A stretch of 64,000 nt of DNA from an uncultured Acidobacteriota bacterium (lineage in GTDB: Bacteria > Acidobacteriota > Thermoanaerobaculia > Gp7-AA8), in contig CAWGHO010000002.1 of NCBI GenBank assembly GCA_963822445.1, forward strand, positions 1,344,001 through 1,408,000. The letters run 5' to 3'. Of this stretch, positions 32,143 through 41,703 are shown piece after piece. Position 1 is the stretch's first letter. Each line of letters opens with the position of its first letter. Both the position numbers and the translations under genes were made by a program. Under the pieces are notes generated by a model. That model searched no databases. It saw only the letters and a program-made list of their open reading frames with translations, and was not told where the DNA came from.

Positions 32143-32736
32143 CTAAATCTCTCGGCGTCCTTCGAGAGCCTTGGCCATCGTGACCTGATCCGCGTACTCG
32201 AGATCGCCGCCGACGGGCAGGCCGAAGGCGAGCCTGGTGGTGCGGACGCCGGTCTGCCGTAACTGCTGGGCGATGTAAAGGGCCGTGGCCTCGCCTTCGA
32301 CGTTCGGGTTCGTGGCGACGATGACCTCGCGGATGGTTTCCGCGTTCACGCGCTTGAGCAGACCGCCGACGTCGATGTCCTGCGGGCCAATGCCTTTGAG
32401 CGGCGAGAGCGCGCCGAGGAGGACGTGGTAGACGCCCTTGAAGTCGCGGGTGGACTCGATCGTCTGGATGTTGAACGCCTCTTCGACGACGCAGATCAGA
32501 CCTGGGTCGCGGCGGGGATCGGAGCAGATCGCGCAGGGCTCGACGTCCGTCATGTTGTTGCAGATCGAGCAGCGGAAGATCTTCGACTTCACCTCGAGGA
32601 TCGCCTGCGCCAGCGACTCGGCCTCGCCGGCCGGCCTTTTGAGGATGTGATACGCGAGCCGCGCCGCGGACTTGCCGCCGACGCCGGGGAGCTTGGTGAG
32701 CTCGTTGATGAGGTTCGCGAGTGGAGGGGCGGTCAA
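32143..32736 (-). CDS. recR: Recombination mediator RecR
   Basis: LPGVGGKSA, CxxC...CxxC, ATNPNVEGEAT, GLPVGGDLEYAD. Confidence 0.98.
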   Translation of the reverse strand: MTAPPLANLINELTKLPGVGGKSAARLAYHILKRPAGEAESLAQAILEVKSKIFRCSICNNMTDVEPCAICSDPRRDPGLICVVEEAFNIQTIESTRDFKGVYHVLLGALSPLKGIGPQDIDVGGLLKRVNAETIREVIVATNPNVEGEATALYIAQQLRQTGVRTTRLAFGLPVGGDLEYADQVTMAKALEGRREI

Positions 32737-32738
32737 AT

Positions 32739-33035
32739 CTAGAACCCGGGAATCTTCATCCCGCCGGTCATCGAGCCGACCGACGACTGCATTTCCTCGT
32801 CGACCTTGCGCACGGCCTCGTTGACCGCGGCTTTGACCAGGTCCTGGAGCATGTCTACGTCATTCGGGTCGACGGCTTCCTTGTCGATGACCACGGAGAC
32901 GATCTCCTTGTTGCCGGTCATCTCCACTTTCACCATGCCCCCGCCGGACGTGCCTTCGACTTTGAGGCTGGCCATCTGGCGCTGCATCTGATCCTGGAGC
33001 TGCTGCGCCTGTTTCATGAGCTGCTTGATGTTCAT
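32739..33035 (-). CDS. ybaB: YbaB/EbfC nucleoid-associated protein
   Basis: [26 protein letters not shown]; dnaX-ybaB-recR order. Confidence 0.95.
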   Translation of the reverse strand: MNIKQLMKQAQQLQDQMQRQMASLKVEGTSGGGMVKVEMTGNKEIVSVVIDKEAVDPNDVDMLQDLVKAAVNEAVRKVDEEMQSSVGSMTGGMKIPGF

Positions 33036-34546
33036 TTGTTCTCCTTCACGAGCTCACCGCCGAGGTGCTTGCGGAATGCGCTGAGGACAGGGTCGTCGCG
33101 GAGCGAGGAGGGCTTGTCTTCCGCTCGCCGCGTAGCATCCGGAGCGTCGGGTTGCTGGATCTTGATGTCGACCGTCGTCTTCTCGCCGTATACCTGCGCG
33201 GCGACTTCTTCGAGGGAGTCCTTCGCGTCACCAACCGTGTCGGCCGCGAATTTGTCGGCGAACGAGAGGGTGATGCGATTGCCGTTTTTCTGCACGATCG
33301 CGGACTCGAGATAGGGGCCGAGCAGCGGGCGCTTCTTCTTGAAGGCGGTGACGAAGTCGTCGGAGGCTGCTTGAACCTTCGGAACTGCTGCTGCTTTAGG
33401 CAGAGATCTCTCAACCTTTTCCCCGCCCCCACCCGCAAGCACCTGCTCCACGCTCTTCAATCGCGGGAACGTCGCCGCTTTCAGCAGCGCGATCTCCACC
33501 GCCAGCCGCTGATGTTCCGCGCGATTCACGGTCTCGTCATCGCGCAGCAGGAGATTGGCGATGCGCAGCAGCTCCGTGTACGAGAACTGCCCCGCCAGCG
33601 AGCGGATGGCCGGCAGATCTTCCGGCGACAGGGCGAGCATGTTCTCGTTCGCGCCGCCCGCGAGAAGCAGCAGATTGCGCACGAAGTTGAGCAGATCGCG
33701 ATAGAGCATCTTGAAATCGCGGCCGCTGTTCGAGGCTTCCTCGAGCGCTTCCAGGATTCCGCCGTGATCCCCTTCGCCGATGAGGGTGATCACCCGGCCG
33801 AAGAAGGTCGTGTCGGAGAGGCCGAGGATCGTGGCGACGTTCTCGACGGTGATGGAGCGGCCGCCGAAGGCGATGATCTGGTCGAGCAGCGACAACGAAT
33901 CGCGCACGCTGCCTTCACCGCGGCGGGCCACGATCTCCAGCGCCGTGCGCTCGGCCTTGATGCCTTCCATGTCGCACACCTGCTGCAGACGGCCGATCAG
34001 ATCCTCGAGCGTGATCTTGCGCAGGATGACCTTCTGCACGCGGGAGATGATCGTCTGCGGAACCTTCTGCATCTCCGTCGTCGCGAACATGAACATCACG
34101 TGCGGCGGCGGCTCCTCGATCAGCTTGAGGAGCGCGTTCCACGAGGCGGTGGAGAGCATGTGCGCCTCGTCGATGATGAAGATGCGGTAGCGGTCACGCG
34201 CGGGCTGGAACTGGGAGACGTCGCGCAGCTCGCGGACGTTGTCGACGCCGGTGTACGTTGCCGCGTCGATCTCCCGCACGTCCATGTCGATGCCTTCGGT
34301 GATCTCCCGGCAGACCGTGCACTCGTTGCACGGCTCGCCGGCGGGCCCCTTCACGCAATTGAGGGCCTTCGAGAGGATGCGCGCGAGGGTCGTTTTGCCG
34401 ACGCCGCGGACTCCGGAGAAGAGGTAGGCGTGATGGATCCGCTCGTCGCGGATGGCGTTCTGGAGGGTCTGGACGACAGTCCCCTGGCCGACGGTGTCTG
34501 CGAAGGATTGCGGCCGGTATTTGCGGGCCAGGGCCTGGTAGGACAT
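33032..34546 (-). CDS. dnaX: DNA polymerase III subunit gamma/tau
   Basis: [21 protein letters not shown], Cys cluster, [20 protein letters not shown]. Confidence 0.97.
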   Translation of the reverse strand: MSYQALARKYRPQSFADTVGQGTVVQTLQNAIRDERIHHAYLFSGVRGVGKTTLARILSKALNCVKGPAGEPCNECTVCREITEGIDMDVREIDAATYTGVDNVRELRDVSQFQPARDRYRIFIIDEAHMLSTASWNALLKLIEEPPPHVMFMFATTEMQKVPQTIISRVQKVILRKITLEDLIGRLQQVCDMEGIKAERTALEIVARRGEGSVRDSLSLLDQIIAFGGRSITVENVATILGLSDTTFFGRVITLIGEGDHGGILEALEEASNSGRDFKMLYRDLLNFVRNLLLLAGGANENMLALSPEDLPAIRSLAGQFSYTELLRIANLLLRDDETVNRAEHQRLAVEIALLKAATFPRLKSVEQVLAGGGGEKVERSLPKAAAVPKVQAASDDFVTAFKKKRPLLGPYLESAIVQKNGNRITLSFADKFAADTVGDAKDSLEEVAAQVYGEKTTVDIKIQQPDAPDATRRAEDKPSSLRDDPVLSAFRKHLGGELVKENK

Positions 34547-34569
34547 GGGGAGCGAGTGTATATAACAAA

Positions 34570-34691
34570 CCCGCTCAGAAGAGCCCAGGCCTGACTGTGT
34601 CACGCAGGGTAGGCACCTTATCGCTGCTTCCTTCCGGACCTGACGAGGTTCGATGCTCCTGCTGCACAGGACCCGAGCTCACCTGAACGGG
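34570..34691 (-). ncRNA. ffs: Signal recognition particle RNA (4.5S)
   Basis: TCAGGTCCGGAAGGAAGCAGC domain IV motif within a long hairpin; upstream of dnaX. Confidence 0.93.
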
Positions 34692-34745
34692 CTTGCCGGT
34701 GTTCCTTGCATTTACGAATCAATCCACGCAGCGGCGCGTCGCCGC

Positions 34746-34836
34746 TGGCGGAGAGAGTGGGATTCGAACCCACGGTACGCGATTAACGTACACACGCTTT
34801 CCAAGCGTGCGCCTTAAGCCACTCGGCCATCTCTCC
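34746..34836 (-). tRNA. tRNA-Ser(GGA)
   Basis: GGAGAGA start, loop TTGGAAA, long variable arm, CCA. Confidence 0.96.
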
Positions 34837-34838
34837 GT

Positions 34839-34945
34839 GCTGCGCACGCAAAATTGAAAATTGAAAATTGAGAATTGAAAATGATGATGAAATTACCGCA
34901 CAGTTTCAATTTTCAATTTTACATTTTCAATTTCATGCGCGCAGC
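34839..34945. repeat. Inverted tandem heptamer element (AAATTGA)n ... (TCAATTT)n
   Basis: AAATTGAAAATTGAAAATTGAGAATTGAAA ... TTTCAATTTTCAATTTTACATTTTCAATTT, closed by GCTGCGC/GCGCAGC. Confidence 0.9.
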
Positions 34946-34954
34946 GCGTGACCA

Positions 34955-35024
<70 letters not shown>

Positions 35025-35046
<22 letters not shown>

Positions 35047-35504
35047 GTTCGATCACGCTGGCGCAGCTGGCGGAAGAAATCCTGGAGCAGCAGACGTGCC
35101 CGCTCTTCCATGAAGCCTCCTTCCACTTCGAGGCGATGGTTGAGCCGCGCGTCCTGCACCAGGTTGCCGAGGGAGCCGCAAAATCCGGCTTTCGGGTCGA
35201 AGGCCGCGAAGACCAGACGGTCCACGCGCGCGTTCACGAGCGCTCCCGCACACATCGCGCACGGTTCGAGCGTCACGAACATCGTCGTCCCCTCCAGCCG
35301 CCAGTCGCCGATCGTTCGCGCTGCTTCCGCGATCGCGTAGATCTCCGCATGGCCGAGGGGGTCGCCTGATTCCCGGCGGTTGCGGCCGCGGCCGATGACG
35401 GTTCCGTCCCGGCTCACGATCACGGCTCCGACGGGGATCTCTCCGTCCGCTCCGGCCTCGTGAGCCAAAGCAAACGCTTCCTCCATCCACTGCACCTGAT
35501 TCAT
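35025..35504 (-). CDS. tadA: tRNA adenosine(34) deaminase
   Basis: EIPVGAV, HAE, TLEPCAMCAGA, DPKAG, LNHR. Confidence 0.95.
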
Positions 35505-35519
35505 CTGTCAAAGAGTACG

Positions 35520-35543
35520 ACGGCGGGCATCAGTGCCCGCCGT
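35520..35543 (-). terminator. Hairpin downstream of tRNA-Arg(ACG)
   Basis: ACGGCGGGCA-TCAG-TGCCCGCCGT perfect 10-bp stem; weak U-tract. Confidence 0.55.
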
Positions 35544-35560
35544 GAGGGTTGGATTCGGAT

Positions 35561-35637
35561 TGGTGCACCCATGAGGACTCGAACCTCAAACCTTCTGATC
35601 CGTAGTCAGATGCTCTATCCAATTGAGCTATGGGTGC
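35561..35637 (-). tRNA. tRNA-Arg(ACG)
   Basis: GCACCCA stem, anticodon arm TCTGA-CTACGGA-TCAGA, CCA. Confidence 0.96.
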
Positions 35638-35859
35638 GAGCACGGAAAGCTAACCACCTCAGCGGGATCTGCATTCCGCAGCGGCGGCGCATTGTATGCG
35701 GCGCTACCCGGCCTAGCAAGCGGCCGTTTCTTGCGTGGCGGCACATCACTTGCGGTATCCTTGTCGCTCCTGGAGCTGCAGCAAGCTTTCACGGCCTCTA
35801 CGGTTGGCGAACTGCCTGTCCCACCCTTCCCCAGCCAACCGTGGAGGGCGTGATTTTTT

Positions 35860-36300
35860 ATGCGCAAGGAAGACTTCTACGCGCGGACCATGCACACCCC
35901 GGACGACCCCGCGCGTGCCGCGCAACGGGCTGCCCTCCGGGATCTCTGGAAGCAGCTTCTGCCGTTGCACCGCGCGCTGATCGACTCCGCCAAGGCCGAA
36001 TACACCGCCTCGATCGCCCCCGTCGGCGGCCCCACCCACCTGCTCCAGCTGATCAATGACGATCCCTTTTTCGGCTGGCTCAAGCCCCTGACCGCCGTGA
36101 TCGTCGAGATCGACGAAATGTCCCGCACCGACTTCGACAAGGCCCAGGTCGACGCCCTCCTCGGCCGCGTCCGCGCCGTTTTCGGCGGCGACGCCGCCTC
36201 CGCCTTCGGCTCGCGCTACCTCCCGCTCCTCCAGCGGGACGTGGACGTCGCTATTGCTCACGCCGCCATCCGCCAGATTCTGGCGCGACTGGACGGATAA
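35860..36300 (+). CDS. Hypothetical helical protein
   Basis: 146 aa, strong host-like third-position GC. Confidence 0.75.
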   Translation: MRKEDFYARTMHTPDDPARAAQRAALRDLWKQLLPLHRALIDSAKAEYTASIAPVGGPTHLLQLINDDPFFGWLKPLTAVIVEIDEMSRTDFDKAQVDALLGRVRAVFGGDAASAFGSRYLPLLQRDVDVAIAHAAIRQILARLDG

Positions 36301-36349
36301 ACACCCGCTCCGTCCCTCCACAGTTGCAGTAAAGTAGAAGTTCTCCCAA

Positions 36350-36880
36350 ATGGAACTATTTGCGTTCGACGACGACTACGTGCGGCGTCTGCGGATGCGC
36401 GACCGCGATACCGTCGCTCACTTCGAGCCGTACATCCGCGACCTCATGCGGATCAAGTTTCACAGGAAGCTCCGCACCGCCGAGGATGTCGAAGATGTGC
36501 TGCAGGAGACTCTCAAGCGCGTCTTCGACGCGCTCGATCAGGTCCAGGACGGGCACAAGCTCGGTGCGTTCGTCAACACGATCGCCAACCACGTCTACCA
36601 GGAGAAGGTCCGCGAGGATCTCCGCTCGAAGCGGCCGGACGGCGTGCTTCCGCCAAATGACGACAAGAGCACGCTCGACGCCCTGATCGACGAGGAGACC
36701 CGCCGGCGGGTCCGCGCCGTCATCGCCCAGCTCGAGCCGCGCGACCGCGAGATCCTCACGGCGATTTTTCTCGAGGAGGAAGACAAAGACGCAATCTGCG
36801 CCCGTATGCGCATCTCCCGCGAGTACCTCCGCGTCCTGCAGCACCGGGCCGCGGACAAGTTCCGGAAATGGTTCATGTAA
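36350..36880 (+). CDS. ECF sigma-70 factor
   Basis: DVEDVLQETL region 2; LEPRDREIL...RVLQHRA region 4. Confidence 0.88.
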   Translation: MELFAFDDDYVRRLRMRDRDTVAHFEPYIRDLMRIKFHRKLRTAEDVEDVLQETLKRVFDALDQVQDGHKLGAFVNTIANHVYQEKVREDLRSKRPDGVLPPNDDKSTLDALIDEETRRRVRAVIAQLEPRDREILTAIFLEEEDKDAICARMRISREYLRVLQHRAADKFRKWFM

Positions 36881-36920
36881 CGACCGCGCCGCGATCGTCA
36901 CTATCTGGTCTGAGAACGCG

Positions 36921-37589
36921 ATGAAACACGAGCAGCTACAGGAACATGCGACCCAGCGGTACTTCCTCGATGAGATGTCCGAGGCGGAGCGCAACGAGTT
37001 CGAAGAGCATTACTTCGATTGCGCGATCTGCGCGGCCGAGGTCAGGGATGCCGCGAGGCTGCTCGCCGTGGGACGCGAGATCGCCCGGGAGCAACAGGCG
37101 GCCCCAGCACCCGTAACCGAAATCCGCAAGTTCCGGCCGTGGGTCACCTGGTATCCCCGTCTTGCCACTGCCGCCGCGGCGGTCTTCGCGATCGTCATCG
37201 GCTGGCAGACAGTGACCATTCAGAGCCTGCGTACGCTGGCGCCGCGCGGCGGTGTGAGCACGCGCTACGAAGTCACCACGAGCAAGACTCGAGGGATTGT
37301 CGGCGCGTCGCCTCTTCAGACCATTCGAGTAGGCGAGATCGCGACGGTCGAGGTGGAGATCCTCCCGCCGCCGGAAAGACCGGCCAGCTACGTCATCAGC
37401 ATCCGCGATGGCGCCGGCCGGGTGAAGCAATCCGACGACGTCAGTTTGGAACAGGCAGAAGAGTCGGTTCCGGTAGTGCTCCCCGCGTTGCCCCGGGGGA
37501 GCTATCAGTTGGTGATCGAGGGTGTCCGCAAGGATGGCAACCGCTTCGAGATCACCCGTCATGGTTTCGAGGTGGTTTCAGAGAGATGA
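36921..37589 (+). CDS. zf-HC2 anti-sigma factor with TM
   Basis: FEEHYFDCAIC (HxxxCxxC), single TM, beta-rich extracytoplasmic domain. Confidence 0.85.
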   Translation: MKHEQLQEHATQRYFLDEMSEAERNEFEEHYFDCAICAAEVRDAARLLAVGREIAREQQAAPAPVTEIRKFRPWVTWYPRLATAAAAVFAIVIGWQTVTIQSLRTLAPRGGVSTRYEVTTSKTRGIVGASPLQTIRVGEIATVEVEILPPPERPASYVISIRDGAGRVKQSDDVSLEQAEESVPVVLPALPRGSYQLVIEGVRKDGNRFEITRHGFEVVSER

Positions 37590-37614
37590 GGACGAGGAAA
37601 AAAGGAGGCAGTCC

Positions 37615-38490
37615 ATGCCAAGTTATGCGTACAACGCGAGCGCCATCGGTCTCGGCGGAGTGATCCGGCGAGGTGACATTTCCACGGTCGTACCGACCGT
37701 CGCATCGGTCTGCCTGGCACCCGCCGGCGGCGAGGCGTCGATCAGCTACGAGAACTACAACCGCCACGACATTTCCTTCACCAAAGCCCAGGCCCGCGTC
37801 GGCGGGTACGAGGCGCCGGCCGTCAACGGCGGCCTTCGCCGTCACATCACCTACGCCGACATCTACCTGAGCAACCTGAAGATCTTCGATCGCCTGAAGA
37901 TCACCTTCATGCAGGCGACCATCACCTCGTCACGCGAGGTGGGCAACGAGCGTCCGCCGCAGGAGCTCGAGCACGATCTCACTGAATTCGAGATCAACGT
38001 CCTCTATCGGGGCGTTGTGATCGACGGCGTCGAGGTCTTTCCGGACGTCGACGCCAACCTCTGCGGGGCGAAGAAGTACGGGGCGTTCGCCGACCTGATG
38101 GCGCAGCGGCAGGATCTGCTGCTCAGCGATGAGGCAGGGATCACCCCCGCGGAGCTCGCCGAGCTGAAACGCGACCGAAAGCCCTTCAACGGTTCGTTGA
38201 TCAGGAAGATCGAGAACGCGCCCTCGAGCAAGGGCCACAAGGTCCCGCTCAGGCAGTTCGGCAACGCCAAATTCGCCGAGCTGCTCGTGAAACCGGATCG
38301 CCAGCGTTTCAGCCTGCTGCGTCTCGACCTCAACTCCGACTGGAGCACCGTTCGCCCCCAGAACGACGGCCCCATGTTCGCGGCATCCGCCGATGGCGAG
38401 ATCCTCGCGAATGCCGCCGGCGACGACGGCCAGGGCGGAGCGTTGAGCGGAGGAGGCGGCGGCAGCAATGGTGTCCCCATCTGGCCGTAG
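37615..38490 (+). CDS. Hypothetical beta-rich protein with Gly-rich C-terminus
   Basis: AGGAGG SD; 291 aa; ends GGALSGGGGGSNGVPIWP. Confidence 0.8.
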   Translation: MPSYAYNASAIGLGGVIRRGDISTVVPTVASVCLAPAGGEASISYENYNRHDISFTKAQARVGGYEAPAVNGGLRRHITYADIYLSNLKIFDRLKITFMQATITSSREVGNERPPQELEHDLTEFEINVLYRGVVIDGVEVFPDVDANLCGAKKYGAFADLMAQRQDLLLSDEAGITPAELAELKRDRKPFNGSLIRKIENAPSSKGHKVPLRQFGNAKFAELLVKPDRQRFSLLRLDLNSDWSTVRPQNDGPMFAASADGEILANAAGDDGQGGALSGGGGGSNGVPIWP

Positions 38491-40900
38491 CAGCAGATTC
38501 CGTAGATTCGTGCCGCTGCTGTTCGCGCTGGTCTTCGTCGGCGCGAAGGCAGCGGCACCACCGTCTTACGAGTCCGTGTGGCGGGATGCGCGGCGTCTGT
38601 CCGACGGCGGTGACCTCGTTGCCGCGGCTCGAATCGTCGACGCGGCCCTTCTTGGAGCCGGCGCGAGCGACGAGGAGTCGGTCTGGGCGCTGCGGGTCAT
38701 GCGCGCCGAGCTGCTGATCCTTCAAGGCGATGCCGTGGGGGCGCGCGCTGCGATCAGGAAACCGCTTCCGCGAAACCTGCAAGCCACCGAAACAGCGGCA
38801 CGCCGGCTCGTTCTGCTGGGGATGATGGACTGGTACACCGACGACCATGACAACGCCGTAGAGCTGATCGAGCAGGCCTTGTCGATCTCGGCTCGCGTCG
38901 CGCCCGGCTATCACGCGGAGATCCTCGCTCTTCGCGCATACCTCAGTTGGAGCGAGACCGATGCGCGGGAGGCCGTACGGCTCGCCAGAAAGAGCGGCGA
39001 CGCGCGCACGATCGCCAAGGTCGGGGCGAACGTCGCGCTCCATCACGTTCGAGCCGGCCGGTTCGTCGAAGGCATCGCCCTCGACTCCTTCGTGCGCCCT
39101 CGGCTCGAAGCGCTCGGGATGCGGCGGACACTCAAGACCCATCTCGGCAACATCGGCTGGGCCTATCTCGAGCTCGGCGATTACGACCAGGCCATGGAGC
39201 GTCTGGCTGCCGCCGAGCGCGAGGCCGCGAGGATCGGCGACGTCAATGAGCGCATGGTCTGGCTCAATCACATCGGCAACATCCATCATGCCCGTCGTGA
39301 TTGGGCCGCGGCCATGCAGGCCTACACGACCGTCCTGCGCACGGCGCCGAAAGACCACCGCGAGCATGGTCATGCTCTGGCCAATCTCGCGCGCGTAGCC
39401 ATCGACTCCGGAAACCTCGGCGAGGCTGGCAATGCGATCCGTGACGCGCTCGCATTCGAGCGACGCAGCGAAGACGTCGAGGACGAACAGATCGCGCTCA
39501 TTCTTCAGTCGCGCGTCGATGCAGCGGCCGGCAGAGCGGCCGCGTCCGAAAAGACTCTGCGCGCTGTGATGGCAAAGGCTGAGAATCCGGTCACGCGGAT
39601 CGAAGCGAATGCCCGTCTCGCGCAGTTGCTCGCTTCCACCGGTCGCACCAACCTGGCTGACAACGCATTCAAACGCGCCGTCGATCTCGTGCGCACCGCG
39701 CGGGAGTCGATCGACAACCCCGAGCTGCGCATCGCCTACTTCAACACCTCCTCCGAGCTCTTCGACGACTACATCGATTTCCTCGTCGCCACGAAACGCC
39801 CCGAGGAAGCGTTGCGGGTGACGGAGATCAGCCGCGCGCAGACGCTGGCCGAGGGGCTGGTCACCGCGCAGGCGAAACTCGTTCCGCGCGCAATCGCCAA
39901 AGCGCGCGACGCCACCATCCTTTGCTACTGGCTCGGACACGACCGCTCCTGGGTCTGGACGATCACCGGAAATGCGATCACCGTCGCGCCGCTTCCTGCC
40001 GATCACGTCATCGAGGCCGAAGTCGATCGGTACAGCAAGGTCCTGCTCACCGCGGCGGGCACGCTCGATCGCAGCGGAGCCCGCGGGCAGCGGTTGTACA
40101 ACATGCTCGTCGCGCCGGCGGTTCGCGCTCTGCCCCAAAACGCGCGGGTCATCGTCGTCGCCGACGGCAAACTGCACACGCTCAACTTCGAAACGCTCGT
40201 CGTTCCCGCGGCGCCGCAGCGTTACTGGATCAACGACGTCGTCCTCACCAACGCCAGCTCGCTGCAGCTCCTCGCGCCGGGCGCGCCGCGGCCACGGGCG
40301 TCGTTGCCGATGTTGCTCGTCGGCAATCCGCCGGTGGTCGACGCCGCGTTCCCGCCGCTCCGGCAGGCTCCTGTCGAGATCGCGCGCGTCGCTGCACGGT
40401 TCGCCGGCGCAACCGTCCTTCAAGGCGCGAAAGCGACACCGGCCGGATACTCGGCTGCGAAACCGCAGCGCTTCGATCTCGTCCACTTCGTCGCCCACGG
40501 CGTGGCCGCCCGGCGGCGCCCACTCGACTCCGCGGTCATCCTCGGCCTCGACGCAAAGAAGTCCTATCGCCTCCTCGCTCGCGATGTCGCCGGGCAGCCG
40601 CTCTCGGCGCGACTAGTGACCATCTCCAGCTGCGAAGGTGCGGGTTACGCGACCTACACCGGCGAGGGGCTCGTCGGCCTGGCCTGGGCATTCCGCCGCG
40701 CCGGCGCAGAGCAGGTGGTCGCGGCGCTCTGGCGCGTGGACGACATGGCCACGCTCGAGCTGATGGACAAAATGTACGCGGGCATCAGCGCGAAACGTCA
40801 TCCGGCCGTCGCCCTGCGCGATGCGAAGCTCGCTCTGCTCCGCTCGGGAACGGCCTTCAAACAGCCGAAACACTGGGCGCCGTTCATCAACTACGTCTGA
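38468..40900 (+). CDS. TPR + CHAT (caspase-like) protease, probable signal peptide (start may be GTG 38510)
   Basis: TPR-like repeats; HFVAHG and ISSCEG catalytic dyad; ALWRVDD, PKHWAPF. Confidence 0.92.
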   Translation: MVSPSGRSSRFRRFVPLLFALVFVGAKAAAPPSYESVWRDARRLSDGGDLVAAARIVDAALLGAGASDEESVWALRVMRAELLILQGDAVGARAAIRKPLPRNLQATETAARRLVLLGMMDWYTDDHDNAVELIEQALSISARVAPGYHAEILALRAYLSWSETDAREAVRLARKSGDARTIAKVGANVALHHVRAGRFVEGIALDSFVRPRLEALGMRRTLKTHLGNIGWAYLELGDYDQAMERLAAAEREAARIGDVNERMVWLNHIGNIHHARRDWAAAMQAYTTVLRTAPKDHREHGHALANLARVAIDSGNLGEAGNAIRDALAFERRSEDVEDEQIALILQSRVDAAAGRAAASEKTLRAVMAKAENPVTRIEANARLAQLLASTGRTNLADNAFKRAVDLVRTARESIDNPELRIAYFNTSSELFDDYIDFLVATKRPEEALRVTEISRAQTLAEGLVTAQAKLVPRAIAKARDATILCYWLGHDRSWVWTITGNAITVAPLPADHVIEAEVDRYSKVLLTAAGTLDRSGARGQRLYNMLVAPAVRALPQNARVIVVADGKLHTLNFETLVVPAAPQRYWINDVVLTNASSLQLLAPGAPRPRASLPMLLVGNPPVVDAAFPPLRQAPVEIARVAARFAGATVLQGAKATPAGYSAAKPQRFDLVHFVAHGVAARRRPLDSAVILGLDAKKSYRLLARDVAGQPLSARLVTISSCEGAGYATYTGEGLVGLAWAFRRAGAEQVVAALWRVDDMATLELMDKMYAGISAKRHPAVALRDAKLALLRSGTAFKQPKHWAPFINYV

Positions 40901-40959
40901 TTCCGGTTTCTGCTGGACAAGTGTATTAGCCACTTAGTACACTGTGGCACCTCCGGCAC

Positions 40960-41703
40960 ATGATCGAGCTACACGGCCTCACCAAGACCTATTCGGACGG
41001 GCATCAGGCCCTCCGCGGCGTCGACCTGACCCTGGGCGAAGGCATGTTCGGACTGCTGGGGCCGAACGGCGCCGGAAAGACGACGCTGCTCTCGATTCTC
41101 GTGCTGGCGGTCGAGCCGACCTCGGGACGCCGGATCTACGACGGTCTCGATGCCGCGCGCGCATCGAACCGCGCGGCGATCCGCAGAACGATCGGCTACC
41201 TCCCCCAGGACTTCCAGCCGATCCGCCATCTGACCGGATTCGAGTACCTCGTGCACTGCGCCCGGCTCCGGGGCACCGATCTGTCGCGGAAGGAAATCGA
41301 TCGTCGCGCGCGGCAACTGCTCGAAGCGGTCGACCTGCAGGACGCCGCGTCGCGCGCATCGGGCGAGTACTCCGGCGGCATGCGCCGTCGCCTCGGCATC
41401 GCCCAGGCGCTGATCCACAGCCCGAAGCTGCTCGTGATCGACGAGCCGACGGCGGGGCTCGATCCCGAAGAGCGGATCCGCTTCCGCAATCTCATCGCCG
41501 AGGTTTCGGATCACGTGGCCGTGCTGCTGTCCACGCACATCTGCGAAGACATCGAAGCGACCTGCGATCGCGTGGGCGTGCTCGTCGGCGGCCGGATCAT
41601 CTTCGACGGCGCGCCGGGCGAGCTGTTCACGCGCCACGACGCGGACACGCTCGAGGATGCGTATGCGCGCGAGCTCGACGCGGCCGGCGAGGTGGCGGCG
41701 TGA
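40960..41703 (+). CDS. ABC transporter ATP-binding protein
   Basis: GPNGAGKTT, YSGGMRRR, IDEPT, STH. Confidence 0.95.
   Translation: MIELHGLTKTYSDGHQALRGVDLTLGEGMFGLLGPNGAGKTTLLSILVLAVEPTSGRRIYDGLDAARASNRAAIRRTIGYLPQDFQPIRHLTGFEYLVHCARLRGTDLSRKEIDRRARQLLEAVDLQDAASRASGEYSGGMRRRLGIAQALIHSPKLLVIDEPTAGLDPEERIRFRNLIAEVSDHVAVLLSTHICEDIEATCDRVGVLVGGRIIFDGAPGELFTRHDADTLEDAYARELDAAGEVAA

Noticed and set aside
40944-41699. N-terminal extension of the 1147-aa ORF
   Set aside because: Alternate frame over the ABC ATPase gene; the permease starts at GTG 41700. The same applies to the extensions of ORFs listed at 17020, 44134 and 25877-26734.
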